DNA of 64,000 nt. It comes from a bacterium (GTDB taxonomy: Bacteria > Bdellovibrionota_C > UBA2361 > RFPC01). The notes beneath the pieces are model-generated. The model saw only the letters and a program-made list of their open reading frames with translations, was not told the origin of the DNA and did not search any database. The translations under genes and the position numbers were made by a program. The stretch is from the NCBI GenBank assembly GCA_030428205.1, contig JAUIBK010000001.1:199966-263965 (forward strand), written 5' to 3'. This document shows, piece after piece, positions 9,944 through 20,947 of the stretch; position 1 is the first letter of the stretch, and each line of letters starts with the position of its first letter.

Positions 9944-12900
9944 ATGGACGACTTGTTCAGCTTGTTTGAGAAGCCAAAGAACCCAGTAAAATTCAACGCG
10001 CTGCGGATTGCTTTGGCGAGTCCCGAGAAGATTCGAAGCTGGTCTTTTGGTGAGGTAACAAAGCCTGAGACGATTAACTACCGAACACTCAAGCCAGAGC
10101 GCGACGGTCTTTTTTGCGCAAAGATCTTTGGGCCTATCAAGGACTATGAGTGTATCTGCGGAAAGTATAAGCGCCTTCGACACCGTGGTGTTGTCTGTGA
10201 GAAGTGTGGCGTTGAAGTTATACAATCAAAAGTTCGTCGTGAGCGAATCGGTCATATTGAGCTTGCGTGTCCAGTTGCACACATCTGGTTTCTCAAAAGC
10301 TTACCGAGTCGTATTGCTACTATTCTTGATATCACGCTCCGTGATCTTGAGAAGGTGCTCTACTTTGAGAGCTACATCGTTACCGATCCGGGTGATGCCG
10401 AAGACCTCTCATACGGAGAACTTCTCTCAGAGAAAGAGTACCGTACAGCACGAGAGGAGTACGGCACTGAGTTTGAAGCAGGTATGGGAGCAGACACTGT
10501 TCTTACGATGCTCAAAAATATAGAAGTTGAAACACTCTATGATCAACTTCGAGTAGATATTCTTGAAGCTACTTCTGAAGCAAAGCGCAAGAAGTACGCC
10601 AAGCGTCTCAAAGTTGTTTCTTCTTTTAAGAACAGTGACAACCGACCTGAGTGGATGATCCTTAGCGTTGTTCCCGTTATTCCTCCAGATCTCCGTCCAC
10701 TTGTTCCGCTTGATGGTGGACGATTTGCAACAAGTGATCTTAACGATCTCTACCGCCGCGTCATTAACCGTAACAACCGTCTCAAGCGTCTTATGGAGCT
10801 CAACGCTCCAGACATCATTATCCGAAACGAAAAGCGGATGCTCCAAGAGTCCGTTGATGCTCTGTTTGACAACGGTCGTCGTGGAAGAACAATTACGGGG
10901 CCAAACAAGCGCCCACTCAAGTCGCTCAGTGATATGCTGAAAGGAAAAGGTGGGCGTTTCCGTCAGAACCTCCTTGGAAAGCGTGTGGATTACTCTGGCC
11001 GTTCGGTTATCGTTGCTGGTCCAAGCCTTCGGCTTCATCAGTGTGGTCTCCCAAAGAAGATGGCTCTCGAACTCTTTAAGCCGTTTATCTACAACAAGCT
11101 CGAAGAGCGTGGTTATGTAACCACGATTAAGAGTGCGAAGAAGATGGTTGAAAAGAAGAAGTCCGTTGTTTGGGATATCCTCGATGAGGTTATTAAAGAG
11201 CACCCAGTGCTTCTTAACCGCGCACCGACCCTCCACCGTCTTGGTATTCAAGCTTTTGAGCCTCTTCTCGTTGAAGGAAAGGCGATTCAGCTTCATCCAC
11301 TTGTTTGTACAGCCTTTAACGCCGACTTTGACGGCGACCAAATGGCTGTTCACGTTCCTCTCTCTGTCGAAGCGCAGGTTGAGGCTCGTGTGCTTATGAT
11401 GTCAACAAACAACATCCTCAGCCCAGCTGACGGAAAGCCGATTATTGTACCATCTCAAGATATCGTTCTTGGGCTCTACTATATGACTCGTGAACGACCA
11501 TTTGCCAAAGGCGAAGATCGTATCATGAACGGCTTTGAGGAAGTGCACCTTGCTTGGGAAGCTGGAGAAGTTGATCTCCAAGCCAAGATCAAGTGTCGCA
11601 TGGACGGAGAGCTGTATGAGACAACTGTTGGTCGTGTCCTTCTTTATGGACTCACTCCAGACGATCTCCCGTTCTCATTTTTTAACAAAGTGATGAAGAA
11701 GAAGGAGATCTCTGCACTCATCGATTCTTGCTTCCGTATTGCCGGAAACAAGGCCACGGTGCTTCTCGCTGATAAGCTCAAAGACGTTGGATACCGTTTC
11801 GCGACAATCGCTGGCATCTCCATCGGTGTGAAAGACATGGCGATTCCCGATACGAAGGTTACGCTCCTGGCTGAAGCTGATGATAAGGTTGGTGAGATCG
11901 ATAACCAGTACCAAGAAGGCCTTATTACCGCTGGTGAGCGCTACAACAAAGTGATCGATATCTGGTCAGATGTTGGTGACCGCATTAGTGAAGATCTTAT
12001 GACGAATATCTCTACTCAAGAGTTCACGGATGGGGAAAACACCCGTCGTGGAGCTTCGTTTAACTCGATCTACATCATGGCTGACTCTGGTGCTCGGGGT
12101 TCCCAGCAGCAGATTCGTCAGCTCGGTGGAATGCGTGGTCTGATGGCGAAGCCGGATGGCTCCATTATTGAGCAGCCAATTAAGGCGAACTTACGTGAAG
12201 GACTCTCGGTTCTTCAGTACTTCGTATCTACCCACGGTGCTCGTAAAGGTCTCGCTGATACAGCTCTGAAAACTGCGAACTCTGGATATCTTACCCGTCG
12301 TCTTGTTGACGTGTCTCAAGATTGTATCGTCACTCTCAATGACTGTGAGACAACAGAGGGTGTTGAGATTACGGCTCTTGTAGAAGGTGGTGAAGAGATT
12401 GAACCACTTACAAACCGTATTCTCGGTCGTATCGCTGCTGATGATATACTTGATCCAATCACCAATGAGGTTCTTGTTCGTCGTAACGAAGAGATTGATG
12501 AAGATAAGTGTAACATCATCTCTGAGAGTGGTCTTGATTCCGTCATTATCCGTTCGCCACTTACATGTGAGAGCGAGCGCGGTATCTGCGTGAAGTGTTA
12601 CGGTCGTGACCTTGCTCGCGGACACGTTGTAAACGTTGGTGAGGCGGTCGGAGTTATCGCTGCGCAATCAATTGGTGAGCCGGGTACACAGCTTACGATG
12701 AGAACGTTCCACATCGGTGGTGCTGCTTCTGGTCGTGCTGAGCAAAGCTCACTTGAAGCTCGCTTCCCAGGGAAGGTCAAGCTTGAAGACGCACGACTTG
12801 CTGAAAAGCGCGATGGTTCCTTTGTCGTGATGAGCCGTAAGGCCCAGCTTGTTATCGTCGATCCATCTGATAACCGTGAGCGTGAGCGTCATCCTATTGT

Positions 12901-14068
12901 TTACGGTGCGCACCTTCGTGTTCCAGAAGGAAAAGAAGTTGAGTCTGGTGAGCTTCTCGCAGAATGGGATCCATTCACTATTCCTGTCCTCTCCGAAGTT
13001 GCTGGTCGTGTTGAGTGGCAAGACCTCAACGAGCAGACGATGGAAGAGCGTACCGATGAACGTACCGGGTTCTCCGAGCGTGAAATTATCCAAGCGAAAG
13101 ATAAGAGTAGTGATCTCAAGCCTCGTATCGTTATCTACGGTGAGAGTGGGGATACAAAAGTCTACAACCTCCCTGTTGGGGTACGACTTGTTGTTGAACA
13201 CAACGCCGATATCGATGCTGGTGATGTTATTGCTAAGCGAGAGCGTGCAACGACGAAGACAAAAGATATTACTGGTGGTCTCCCACGAGTAGTAGAACTC
13301 TTTGAAGCGCGTAAGCCAAAAGATCCGGCGTTTGTTGCTGATGTTGATGGAACGATTGATTTTGGTGAAGACTCACGTGGTAAGCGTCGTATGATTCTTA
13401 CACCTGAGTTCGGTGAGCCAATTGAGTACCTTGTTCCAAAAACAAAGCACATTGCAGTTCAAAAAGGCGACTCGGTACGAGCTGGAGAATCTCTCACAGA
13501 CGGATCGATTAGCCCGCACGATATCTTACGTATCGAAGGCCGCAAAGCTCTCTCTGCGTATCTTGTAAATGAAGTACAAGAGATCTACCGACTCCAAGGT
13601 GTACGAATCAACGATAAGCACATCGAAGTTATTGTTCGTCAGATGCTCCGTCGTGTAACGATCACTGAGTTCGGTGATTCAGACTTCTTGCCTGGTACCA
13701 ACGTGGATCGCTTTGAAGTGCTCCGTGAGAACCAGCGCATCATGAACGAAGGTGGAACGCCTGCAACGTATGCACCGCTTCTCCTTGGTATTACCAAAGC
13801 AGCTCTTTCAACTGACTCCTTTATCTCAGCAGCAAGCTTCCAAGAGACAACAAAAGTTCTCACCGAAGCTTCTATCTCTGGGTCTATTGATACCCTTCAA
13901 GGACTCAAAGAGAATGTGATCATGGGGCGTCTTATCCCTGCCGGTTCTGGTCTCATTGAGTACCAAGAGCGTGAGGTAAAACTCGAAGGGGAGGAAGAGG
14001 AAGAAGAAGTACAATCCGATTTCCGAATCGGCCAAACTTCTCTCGAGTCTCTTGCTGGGCTCTTGTAG
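9944..14068 (+). CDS. rpoC: DNA-directed RNA polymerase subunit beta'
   Basis: N-terminal zinc-binding cysteines ([20 protein letters not shown]), NADFDGDQM catalytic motif, 1374 aa. Confidence 0.97.
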   Translation: MDDLFSLFEKPKNPVKFNALRIALASPEKIRSWSFGEVTKPETINYRTLKPERDGLFCAKIFGPIKDYECICGKYKRLRHRGVVCEKCGVEVIQSKVRRERIGHIELACPVAHIWFLKSLPSRIATILDITLRDLEKVLYFESYIVTDPGDAEDLSYGELLSEKEYRTAREEYGTEFEAGMGADTVLTMLKNIEVETLYDQLRVDILEATSEAKRKKYAKRLKVVSSFKNSDNRPEWMILSVVPVIPPDLRPLVPLDGGRFATSDLNDLYRRVINRNNRLKRLMELNAPDIIIRNEKRMLQESVDALFDNGRRGRTITGPNKRPLKSLSDMLKGKGGRFRQNLLGKRVDYSGRSVIVAGPSLRLHQCGLPKKMALELFKPFIYNKLEERGYVTTIKSAKKMVEKKKSVVWDILDEVIKEHPVLLNRAPTLHRLGIQAFEPLLVEGKAIQLHPLVCTAFNADFDGDQMAVHVPLSVEAQVEARVLMMSTNNILSPADGKPIIVPSQDIVLGLYYMTRERPFAKGEDRIMNGFEEVHLAWEAGEVDLQAKIKCRMDGELYETTVGRVLLYGLTPDDLPFSFFNKVMKKKEISALIDSCFRIAGNKATVLLADKLKDVGYRFATIAGISIGVKDMAIPDTKVTLLAEADDKVGEIDNQYQEGLITAGERYNKVIDIWSDVGDRISEDLMTNISTQEFTDGENTRRGASFNSIYIMADSGARGSQQQIRQLGGMRGLMAKPDGSIIEQPIKANLREGLSVLQYFVSTHGARKGLADTALKTANSGYLTRRLVDVSQDCIVTLNDCETTEGVEITALVEGGEEIEPLTNRILGRIAADDILDPITNEVLVRRNEEIDEDKCNIISESGLDSVIIRSPLTCESERGICVKCYGRDLARGHVVNVGEAVGVIAAQSIGEPGTQLTMRTFHIGGAASGRAEQSSLEARFPGKVKLEDARLAEKRDGSFVVMSRKAQLVIVDPSDNRERERHPIVYGAHLRVPEGKEVESGELLAEWDPFTIPVLSEVAGRVEWQDLNEQTMEERTDERTGFSEREIIQAKDKSSDLKPRIVIYGESGDTKVYNLPVGVRLVVEHNADIDAGDVIAKRERATTKTKDITGGLPRVVELFEARKPKDPAFVADVDGTIDFGEDSRGKRRMILTPEFGEPIEYLVPKTKHIAVQKGDSVRAGESLTDGSISPHDILRIEGRKALSAYLVNEVQEIYRLQGVRINDKHIEVIVRQMLRRVTITEFGDSDFLPGTNVDRFEVLRENQRIMNEGGTPATYAPLLLGITKAALSTDSFISAASFQETTKVLTEASISGSIDTLQGLKENVIMGRLIPAGSGLIEYQEREVKLEGEEEEEEVQSDFRIGQTSLESLAGLL

Positions 14069-14096
14069 AGCTCTTCTTTTTCAAGAGAGTTCTTCG

Positions 14097-14130
14097 AAAA
14101 GGGAGCGCCATTTGGCGCTCCCTTTTTTTT
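14097..14130 (+). terminator. strong rho-independent terminator after rpoC
   Basis: aaaa-gggagcgcc-attt-ggcgctccc-tttttttt. Confidence 0.8.
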
Positions 14131-14166
14131 GGGGCGGTAGCCTTGAGAAACCTCGCCTTTTCGTTA

Positions 14167-14254
14167 CCACTTACTTGAACTTTTTTCTCCGTGGCTAAGA
14201 TTGTAGAGTAAGGCTGAAGAATCATGCCACGGAGAAAAAAGTTCAAGTAAGTGG
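14167..14254. repeat. perfect 28-bp inverted repeat with a 32-nt spacer
   Basis: ccacttacttgaacttttttctccgtgg (14167-14194) and ccacggagaaaaaagttcaagtaagtgg (14227-14254) are exact reverse complements. Confidence 0.8.
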
Positions 14255-14385
14255 CTGTTCAACCCTATGACCTTCTGACTCCCCATGCCTTGAGCTCTAT
14301 AGAAATGTGTTGACATCTCATGCTGTGCATTCGATGGTTTTGCTATCCCTCTTGCTGTTCACCCAACTTCTCCTAAGGAGGATGC

Positions 14386-15219
14386 ATGATTCGTTTCACA
14401 TTTGGTTTGATATGTTCTGCTCTTCTTGCCTCGAATGCCCTTGCTCTTGTTCCTTCCGTAAGTGAAGTAACAGACAACAGAACCACAGGTCAGTTCTTCT
14501 CAGGGTTGAAGCTTAAAGTACAGCTTGTTGGTGATGAGATGAACGATGTTAAAGGCATCCGCTATATGCTCAAGACGGCCATTGATGACACAGGTCGTAA
14601 TCTTATTGATCCCGAAAAACAAACTGCTGAATTTAAACCTTACAACCAACAGAGCTGGCACCAAAAATACCTCGAACTCGAGCTCAAAAATCCATCTCGA
14701 AAAGCAGCCACCATTAAAGAGATAGCCGGTGAGATTGTGCTCTATATGCCATCAAAAGACCCAAACTCTAAAGTTGAATTCGCCAATGCGCTCTCTCTGA
14801 GTGGCAAACCTCTCAAGCATAATGGCTTACGTGCCGCTGAGGTTAAAATGACCATTTATGACAAAGCCGCCTACGACAAGAAAAAAGCTGATGAAAAGGC
14901 CAAGCAAGAGGCAGCAGCCAAAGGTACACAAGGCGGAATGCGACAGGCTTTTCAAAATATGTTCGGTGGTTTTATGAGCATGGGTGAGAATGATATTGCC
15001 TTTGAAATTGATGACCCAAAAGGTCGTATCGTGAATTACATGTTCGTCGATAGCGCTGGAAACGAGGTGAAACGGATGAGCTGGATAACCTCTGGGGATA
15101 TTCGGACGACTTCATTTCAATCACCGGTTCCAGTTGATGCTAAGTTTGTTGTAGAACTTGCTACACCTAAGAGTGTACTGAGCATTCCTCTTGCATTTAG
15201 CAACGTCGCTTTGCCATAG
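14386..15219 (+). CDS. hypothetical secreted protein (signal peptide; no recognisable domain)
   Basis: N-terminus MIRFTFGLICSALLASNALALV is signal-peptide-like. AGGAGG RBS. Lies directly upstream of the PAAR protein. Confidence 0.6.
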   Translation: MIRFTFGLICSALLASNALALVPSVSEVTDNRTTGQFFSGLKLKVQLVGDEMNDVKGIRYMLKTAIDDTGRNLIDPEKQTAEFKPYNQQSWHQKYLELELKNPSRKAATIKEIAGEIVLYMPSKDPNSKVEFANALSLSGKPLKHNGLRAAEVKMTIYDKAAYDKKKADEKAKQEAAAKGTQGGMRQAFQNMFGGFMSMGENDIAFEIDDPKGRIVNYMFVDSAGNEVKRMSWITSGDIRTTSFQSPVPVDAKFVVELATPKSVLSIPLAFSNVALP

Positions 15220-15302
15220 TACACTTTCCATTTTAAGTTGCTGTAAGCCTTGGGGATTTTCTAGTCCTAACTATGAACAGAGCCGGACTTAAGGCCTGAT
15301 TT

Positions 15303-18300
15303 TTGCTATACTCCCAGGGACGTGTCTTTCCTTGGGAGCTAGTGCCAGTGCCTTTCCGCCTTCTTTTCACAGTTTTCTTTTTTCTGATTTCACACTCGGT
15401 AGCTGCTGAGCAGGTCGACTTTATCTTCAATGGAGATCTGAGCATAAATTGCCATGACGGCACACTCGCTTCCGAGGGGCAATCGTGTGCGAAAAGTGTT
15501 GTTCTGAGTTCTGACTGGAGCATGAGGATCCTCCGAGAAACTCATGCAACCTCTGAGCTTATGCTCTCAGGGAGTGGAGGATCTATTAATACCACTATCC
15601 CTGGATGGACTCCTCGGGATAGTTTCTCTGTGCCTGGAGATCGAATCCGATTAGAGATCTTTCAAAATGCAGGTGCAAGTGGAGATAGTTGCTTTTATCT
15701 CGGAGATGTTTGGGCACACCTTAGAGATCCTCATGACCCTGAGACGAGTTTCTGTCGTTTTTTAGTCTACAAAGACGTTGGTGAAGTCTGCCTTCCTCCT
15801 GGCGGAGTAGCTTCGCAAATGATCTTTGTGCCGCATATTCCTGATGGATGTGATGGGAATCTCTCTGCTTCTGCCACTGTTGAGAACGAATCGATCGAGG
15901 TCGGAGAGGAGCTCAGTACGAGAATTTCTCTCCTCACGAGCACCACAGGTGTTATCACTCGGGGGTGTTGGCCAGGGGTGTTGCACTATAAAGATCTAGC
16001 CTTAGGAAAGGCAGATATTGGCACTCCTCTCGATGAGACTACCTATGGGTATCCAAGCTCTATTACACCAGGTGGCTGCACTCCTGACTACCCATATGTC
16101 ATGAATCCTCATAGTGAACGACATGTCGAGTACGTTGGCCCTGTAAACAAGCCTGGAGTTGTTTCACTTATTCCTGAGGTTCCTTTCTATTCCGTCTTTG
16201 AAACTCCAGATGCTACTGGGCATATGGTTTTTAGTGATCTGAACACAACCGTGGTCACTGTTACAGGAGGCTTAAGGATTCAGGCATTAGCACCAGAGTC
16301 TATACCCGCTGATGGTGAGGTATTTGACATTCAAGTCTCTATCACAAATCAAGGTCAGAAGTCCGCAACATTACCAGAAGCTAACTGCTACGACTATGTG
16401 TATCAAGTTGCCTGTTCTCAGCCTGATCAGGAGTGTTCAAAAACTCAAGTTATTCTGCCGCTTTCAAATCAACCTACAATGGCGGAGGTAACTCTTGCTG
16501 GTGGTCAATCACACTCTTTCACCTGCTCTTACCTAGCTATATCTGAGGGAAGTGTCGACTTCTCGTTTGCAACGACTTGGGAACATCAAAGTGGTAACCC
16601 CGTTTTTACTGATTATTCCTGTGACTCCCATCCTCAAGGAGGAGCACGGTGTTTTGAGCCCACTTTTCAAACTGATAACCGCACAGTTGTTCGAGTCGGT
16701 ATAGGGCCTGGTGGTGAGTGTGGTGATGGGATTATCGATGAGTCTGAGCAGTGTGATGGTGGAGACTGTTGTACGGAGGAATGTACCTACAGAAAATCAG
16801 GTGAACTTTGTCAGGGCGAGAGTATTTGTGCAGAGTCAAATGTTTGTGATGGGCTCTCTGGAGAATGCCGCGGGGCAGATGAAGATCCTAGTATTGAATC
16901 GGTAGAGTTCTCCTTGCTTACTCCTTTAGGTTCGAGCCCAGTGGTGCTGAGTACTGGTTGGGAGTTTGGTGTGAACGCGACAGCTCAGTGTTCAAATGGA
17001 CTCACGAGAGATCTTTCGAGTTATGTAGAGTGGTCAGGAACTGGGACGTTTTCACCTTCGCAGGGAGTTCGCTCTCGTCCTTCGTTTTCGTCACCGGGAA
17101 TCAATTCTATTCGATTTGAGTATGCAGGAGCTTCGCTTTTTGCAGATGAAGTGTCTGTTACGACAAAGTCAGCAAGTGGTTTTGCCGCTGTCGGTGACGA
17201 GGCTTTTTGTCCAGCAGATAGTCATGGAGCCCCCACTGATCCACATGCTGTACAAGGCCCTATTCTTCGAGGAAGCACCTTAGTTACCCTAGGTGGGGCA
17301 CCTGCTGCGCGTATCGGAGATCCAGGAGAGCATGCTGCTTGCTCTGGGCCGAACTCCTTTGTTGTAGCTGCTGGAGATCCTGAGGTCTCAGTTCTTGGAA
17401 GAGCGTTAGCCAGACATGGAGACGCCACAAGCCACTGTGGCGGGAATGGTTCTATCATTTCACCAAAGCTCTCTCTTCCATCAACGTTATCTCTCCGATC
17501 TTCAGGAAGTGGGCAGGTCTCTGGGCGTGTTACTGGTCCAAACGGCGCACCACTTTATGGTATCGCGGTGTCTCTTTTTGATGGAACTGGCAATATTTAT
17601 ACAGCGTGGTCTGATGAGTTAGGCGACTATGTTATAGATAGCCTTCCCGCCGGGAGTTTTACACTTGAATGTAACGGTGCAACGGTGGGTTTACCTGGTA
17701 TCATGCTTAGAGATGGCGTAGGTCTACCCCCTAAGACTTTGAGTCTTGGTGAGGGAGCATCTCTTGTGGGACAAAACTGCACGCTTCCAACCGGAGGTGT
17801 TCTTGCTGGGGTTGTTACCGATACTGCCTTATCTCCGGTAAGTGGCGTTTGGGTCCACGCACGCCCTACGGATCCCACATTTGTGGGCTCGTCTGTACTC
17901 ACTTCCGCTGACGGCTCTTACTCTCTTTCTGGTCTTCTCGAGGGTACCTATCGAGTCTTCGTCTCTGGTAGTGAAGAAGGATTTGAAGACACCTATTATC
18001 CCAACTCAAGAAAGTGGGAACAAGCTCGTATCCTCTCCGTTAAAAATGGCCAAACACAAAAAGGATTAGCTATTCGACTTTCGCTTTTGAATCCTTACGA
18101 ATCTTGTTCTTCTACTTCGCTCATACTCCAAGAGATTCGCTTAGCTCAACTGTTTCGTGAGCAACACAGCTTGGTAACTAAAGCGTCACGTGTGTATAAG
18201 AAAGCTGCGCGTGGTATTGGAGAAAAATTTAAAAAGCGAATAAAGAAAGCAAAGAAGAAAGCAAATATATTGCTTGAAGATTCAAGTGCTGCACTCCAAG

Positions 18301-18563
18301 AACTCCCTCCTGTATCATATTCGGATTGTGGAGGAATTTCACCAGAATGCGTTTCAACTTCTAACGCGAGTGTAAAAAGCTCACTCCTGCTCTTCTCTCA
18401 ACGTCTCTTTCGCGAGACAAAGAAGCTTGTTGCTCGGGAAAAGAAACTTCGAGGGAGTAATACAAAGAGGGCCAAGAAAACGAGAAAGAAAGCACGAAAA
18501 TTTAAAAAAGAGTTATTCTCGCTTGTAGAGGCACTCCCGGGTCAAACCGTGAGCTGTAGTTGA
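15303..18563 (+). CDS. large secreted multidomain protein: N-terminal beta-rich region, Myxococcus-type cysteine-rich repeat, Ig-like domain, PAAR motif domain, two carboxypeptidase-regulatory/transthyretin-like beta-sandwich domains, Lys-rich C-terminal tail
   Basis: PAAR motifs GSTLVTLGGAPAARIGDPGEH...EVSVLGRALARHGDATSHCGG at nt ~17190-17470. Cys-rich ECGDGIIDESEQCDGGDCCTEEC at ~16705-16880. GVVTD...SADGSYSLSGLLEGTYRV TTR-like repeats. C-terminal KKAKKKA...KRAKKTRKKARKFKK. The likely true start is the GTG at 15342 or 15348, giving the signal peptide MPFRLLFTVFFFLISHSVAA with GGGAG 9 nt upstream. Confidence 0.75.
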   Translation: MLYSQGRVFPWELVPVPFRLLFTVFFFLISHSVAAEQVDFIFNGDLSINCHDGTLASEGQSCAKSVVLSSDWSMRILRETHATSELMLSGSGGSINTTIPGWTPRDSFSVPGDRIRLEIFQNAGASGDSCFYLGDVWAHLRDPHDPETSFCRFLVYKDVGEVCLPPGGVASQMIFVPHIPDGCDGNLSASATVENESIEVGEELSTRISLLTSTTGVITRGCWPGVLHYKDLALGKADIGTPLDETTYGYPSSITPGGCTPDYPYVMNPHSERHVEYVGPVNKPGVVSLIPEVPFYSVFETPDATGHMVFSDLNTTVVTVTGGLRIQALAPESIPADGEVFDIQVSITNQGQKSATLPEANCYDYVYQVACSQPDQECSKTQVILPLSNQPTMAEVTLAGGQSHSFTCSYLAISEGSVDFSFATTWEHQSGNPVFTDYSCDSHPQGGARCFEPTFQTDNRTVVRVGIGPGGECGDGIIDESEQCDGGDCCTEECTYRKSGELCQGESICAESNVCDGLSGECRGADEDPSIESVEFSLLTPLGSSPVVLSTGWEFGVNATAQCSNGLTRDLSSYVEWSGTGTFSPSQGVRSRPSFSSPGINSIRFEYAGASLFADEVSVTTKSASGFAAVGDEAFCPADSHGAPTDPHAVQGPILRGSTLVTLGGAPAARIGDPGEHAACSGPNSFVVAAGDPEVSVLGRALARHGDATSHCGGNGSIISPKLSLPSTLSLRSSGSGQVSGRVTGPNGAPLYGIAVSLFDGTGNIYTAWSDELGDYVIDSLPAGSFTLECNGATVGLPGIMLRDGVGLPPKTLSLGEGASLVGQNCTLPTGGVLAGVVTDTALSPVSGVWVHARPTDPTFVGSSVLTSADGSYSLSGLLEGTYRVFVSGSEEGFEDTYYPNSRKWEQARILSVKNGQTQKGLAIRLSLLNPYESCSSTSLILQEIRLAQLFREQHSLVTKASRVYKKAARGIGEKFKKRIKKAKKKANILLEDSSAALQELPPVSYSDCGGISPECVSTSNASVKSSLLLFSQRLFRETKKLVAREKKLRGSNTKRAKKTRKKARKFKKELFSLVEALPGQTVSCS

Positions 18564-18864
18564 GATTCATTCTACTGTTCCTCGGTGAAGAGGGAGGGGG
18601 GAGTGGAACCAACCATTTGTAAGCTAGATTGCTGAAAACACTAGAAGTTTTGTTCTTTTGCCCATCTCGAGGGCGGTAGTGCTTTCTTCGAGTTGAAACC
18701 CCCTTGCCGTACTATGGAATATTTCTTCCTAACGGTATGTAAAAGTGTTGACTTTTGCTACTATCCAGCGACCGAAAGCTCCTCATTCTCATGGAAGTAG
18801 AGCTCAGCGTTAAATATCTTCGTTTTTTTAATTACGTAATACAAAACAACAATAGAGGTGTGTC

Positions 18865-20947
18865 TTGTCAGATATAACAGGGGACCTGCAAAGGTACAGA
18901 AACATCGGAATTTTTGCTCACGTTGATGCCGGAAAAACAACAACGACCGAGCGTATCCTTAACCTTACCGGAAAGATTCATAAGCTTGGTGAGGTACACG
19001 ACGGAGAAGCTACAACAGACTTTATGGATCAAGAGCGTGAGCGGGGGATTACCATCCAGTCTGCTGCTACTAGTTGTTCTTGGAACGATCACCGTCTCAA
19101 CATTATTGATACTCCCGGGCACGTGGACTTTACCATTGAGGTATACCGTAGTCTGAAAGTGCTTGATGGTGGTATTGGCGTTTTCTGTGGATCTGGTGGT
19201 GTTGAGCCACAATCGGAAACAAACTGGCGCTATGCAAACGACTCAAAAGTAGCCCGCCTTATTTTTGTAAATAAACTTGACCGAGTTGGGGCTGACTTCT
19301 TCCGAGTAGTGAATCAAGTCAAAGATGTCCTCGGTGCGAAGCCTCTTATTATGACGCTTCCTATCGGAGCAGAGAGTGAGTTTAGAGGTGTCGTGGATCT
19401 CATCACACGTAAAGCTTGGGTGTGGGACGAGTCAGGCGATCCTATGAAGTTTGAGATCCAAGATCCACCAGCAGACATGGCGGATCAGGTTGAGAAGTAC
19501 CGCGAAGAGATGATCGAAACAGCTCTTGAGCAAGATGAAGAAGCTATGGAAGCATACCTCGAAGGTACTGAGCCTAGCGAGGAGGTCATCAAGAATTGTA
19601 TTCGTAAGGGAACAATTGCTCTCGACTTTTTCCCAGCATTTTGTGGCTCAGCATTTAAGAACAAAGGGGTGCAACCTCTTCTTGATGCTGTTGTTGATTA
19701 CCTTCCGAACCCAACGGAAGTCCCACCACAACCTGAAATTGATCTTGAAGGACACCCAACAGGGGAGTTCGCTGTTGCGTGCTCTTGCCTTTAAGATCAT
19801 GGAAGACAGGTACGGAGCACTCACGTTCCTCCGCATTTACTCTGGAAAGCTTGAGAAAGGTACTACGGTTGTAAATACCTACACAGGCCGAAAAGAGCGA
19901 ATCGGTCGGATTGTTGAGATGCACGCGGATTCTCGAGAAGAGCTTAGCTCTGCAAAAGCAGGAGACATCGTTGCTGTACTCGGAATGAAAGAAGTTCAAA
20001 CTGGGCACACGCTTGCTGACCCTGATAACCCAGCAACGCTTGAGCCAATGGTTTTCCCTGATCCAGTTATCTCCATCGCGATTGATACGAAGGAGAAAGG
20101 AGACCGGGATAAGCTTGGAGTTGCACTCTCAAAGATGACTTCGGAAGATCCATCGTTTCGTGTTGAGACAGATGAGGAGACGGGAGAAACTATCCTCAAA
20201 GGGATGGGAGAGCTTCACCTTGATATTAAGATCGACATCATCAAACGCACCTACGGTATTGAGTGTGTCGCTGGTGCTCCTCAGGTTGCTTACCGTGAAA
20301 CAATCACGAAGCGAACAGAAGATAGCTACACACACAAGAAGCAAACGGGTGGATCTGGCCAGTTTGGTAAGATTGACTTCGTTATCGAGCCAAATGAGCC
20401 TGGTGAAGGATTTGAGTTTGTTTCTGAGATTAAAGGTGGAAACGTACCAAAAGAATTTTGGCCTGCTATTGAGAAAGGTTTCAAGCTTAGCCTTGAAGAA
20501 GGCGTGCTTGCAGGCTTTCAATGTATCGATGTGAAGATCACATTGGTCGATGGTGGATACCACGCGGTTGACTCCTCTGCCGTTGCTTTTGAGCTCTGTG
20601 CGAAAGGTGCTTACCGTCAGGTCATGCCAAAGGCTGGGCCTCAGATTCTTGAGCCGATCATGAAGGTCGACTGTTACGTTCCTGAAGATTACGTTGGTGA
20701 TACCATTGGAGACCTTAACCGTCGTCGCGGTATGATTAACTCTCAGGAAGTTGGTGCTACGGGTGCTCGCATCCAAGCGAACGTTCCTCTTTCAGAGATG
20801 TTTGGTTACATCGGTGATCTTCGAACAATGACTTCTGGTCGTGGTCAGTTCTCTATGGAATTCTTGAACTATCAGCCGTGCCCAACCACGGTGACTGAAG
20901 CGGTCATTAAAGAAGCTCAGGAGCGAAAAGAGGCTCGGAATAAATAA
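18865..20947 (+). pseudogene. elongation factor G paralog (EF-G2-like), reading frame broken by a +1 frameshift near 19780-19790
   Basis: Frame 1 (18865-19794, TTG start) encodes the complete G domain ([20 protein letters not shown]...[12 protein letters not shown]...NKLDR) and ends ...[11 protein letters not shown]. Frame 2 resumes ...[25 protein letters not shown] and encodes domains II-V through 20947. Skipping one G restores [12 protein letters not shown], which aligns to [10 protein letters not shown] of the bona fide fusA. Confidence 0.8.

Noticed and set aside
19526-19780. N-terminal ~85 codons of the ORF-track entry 19526-20947
   Set aside because: This portion ([14 protein letters not shown]...) is an out-of-frame read of the EF-G G' region before the frameshift point. 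Only the part from about 19785 onward is genuine EF-G sequence.
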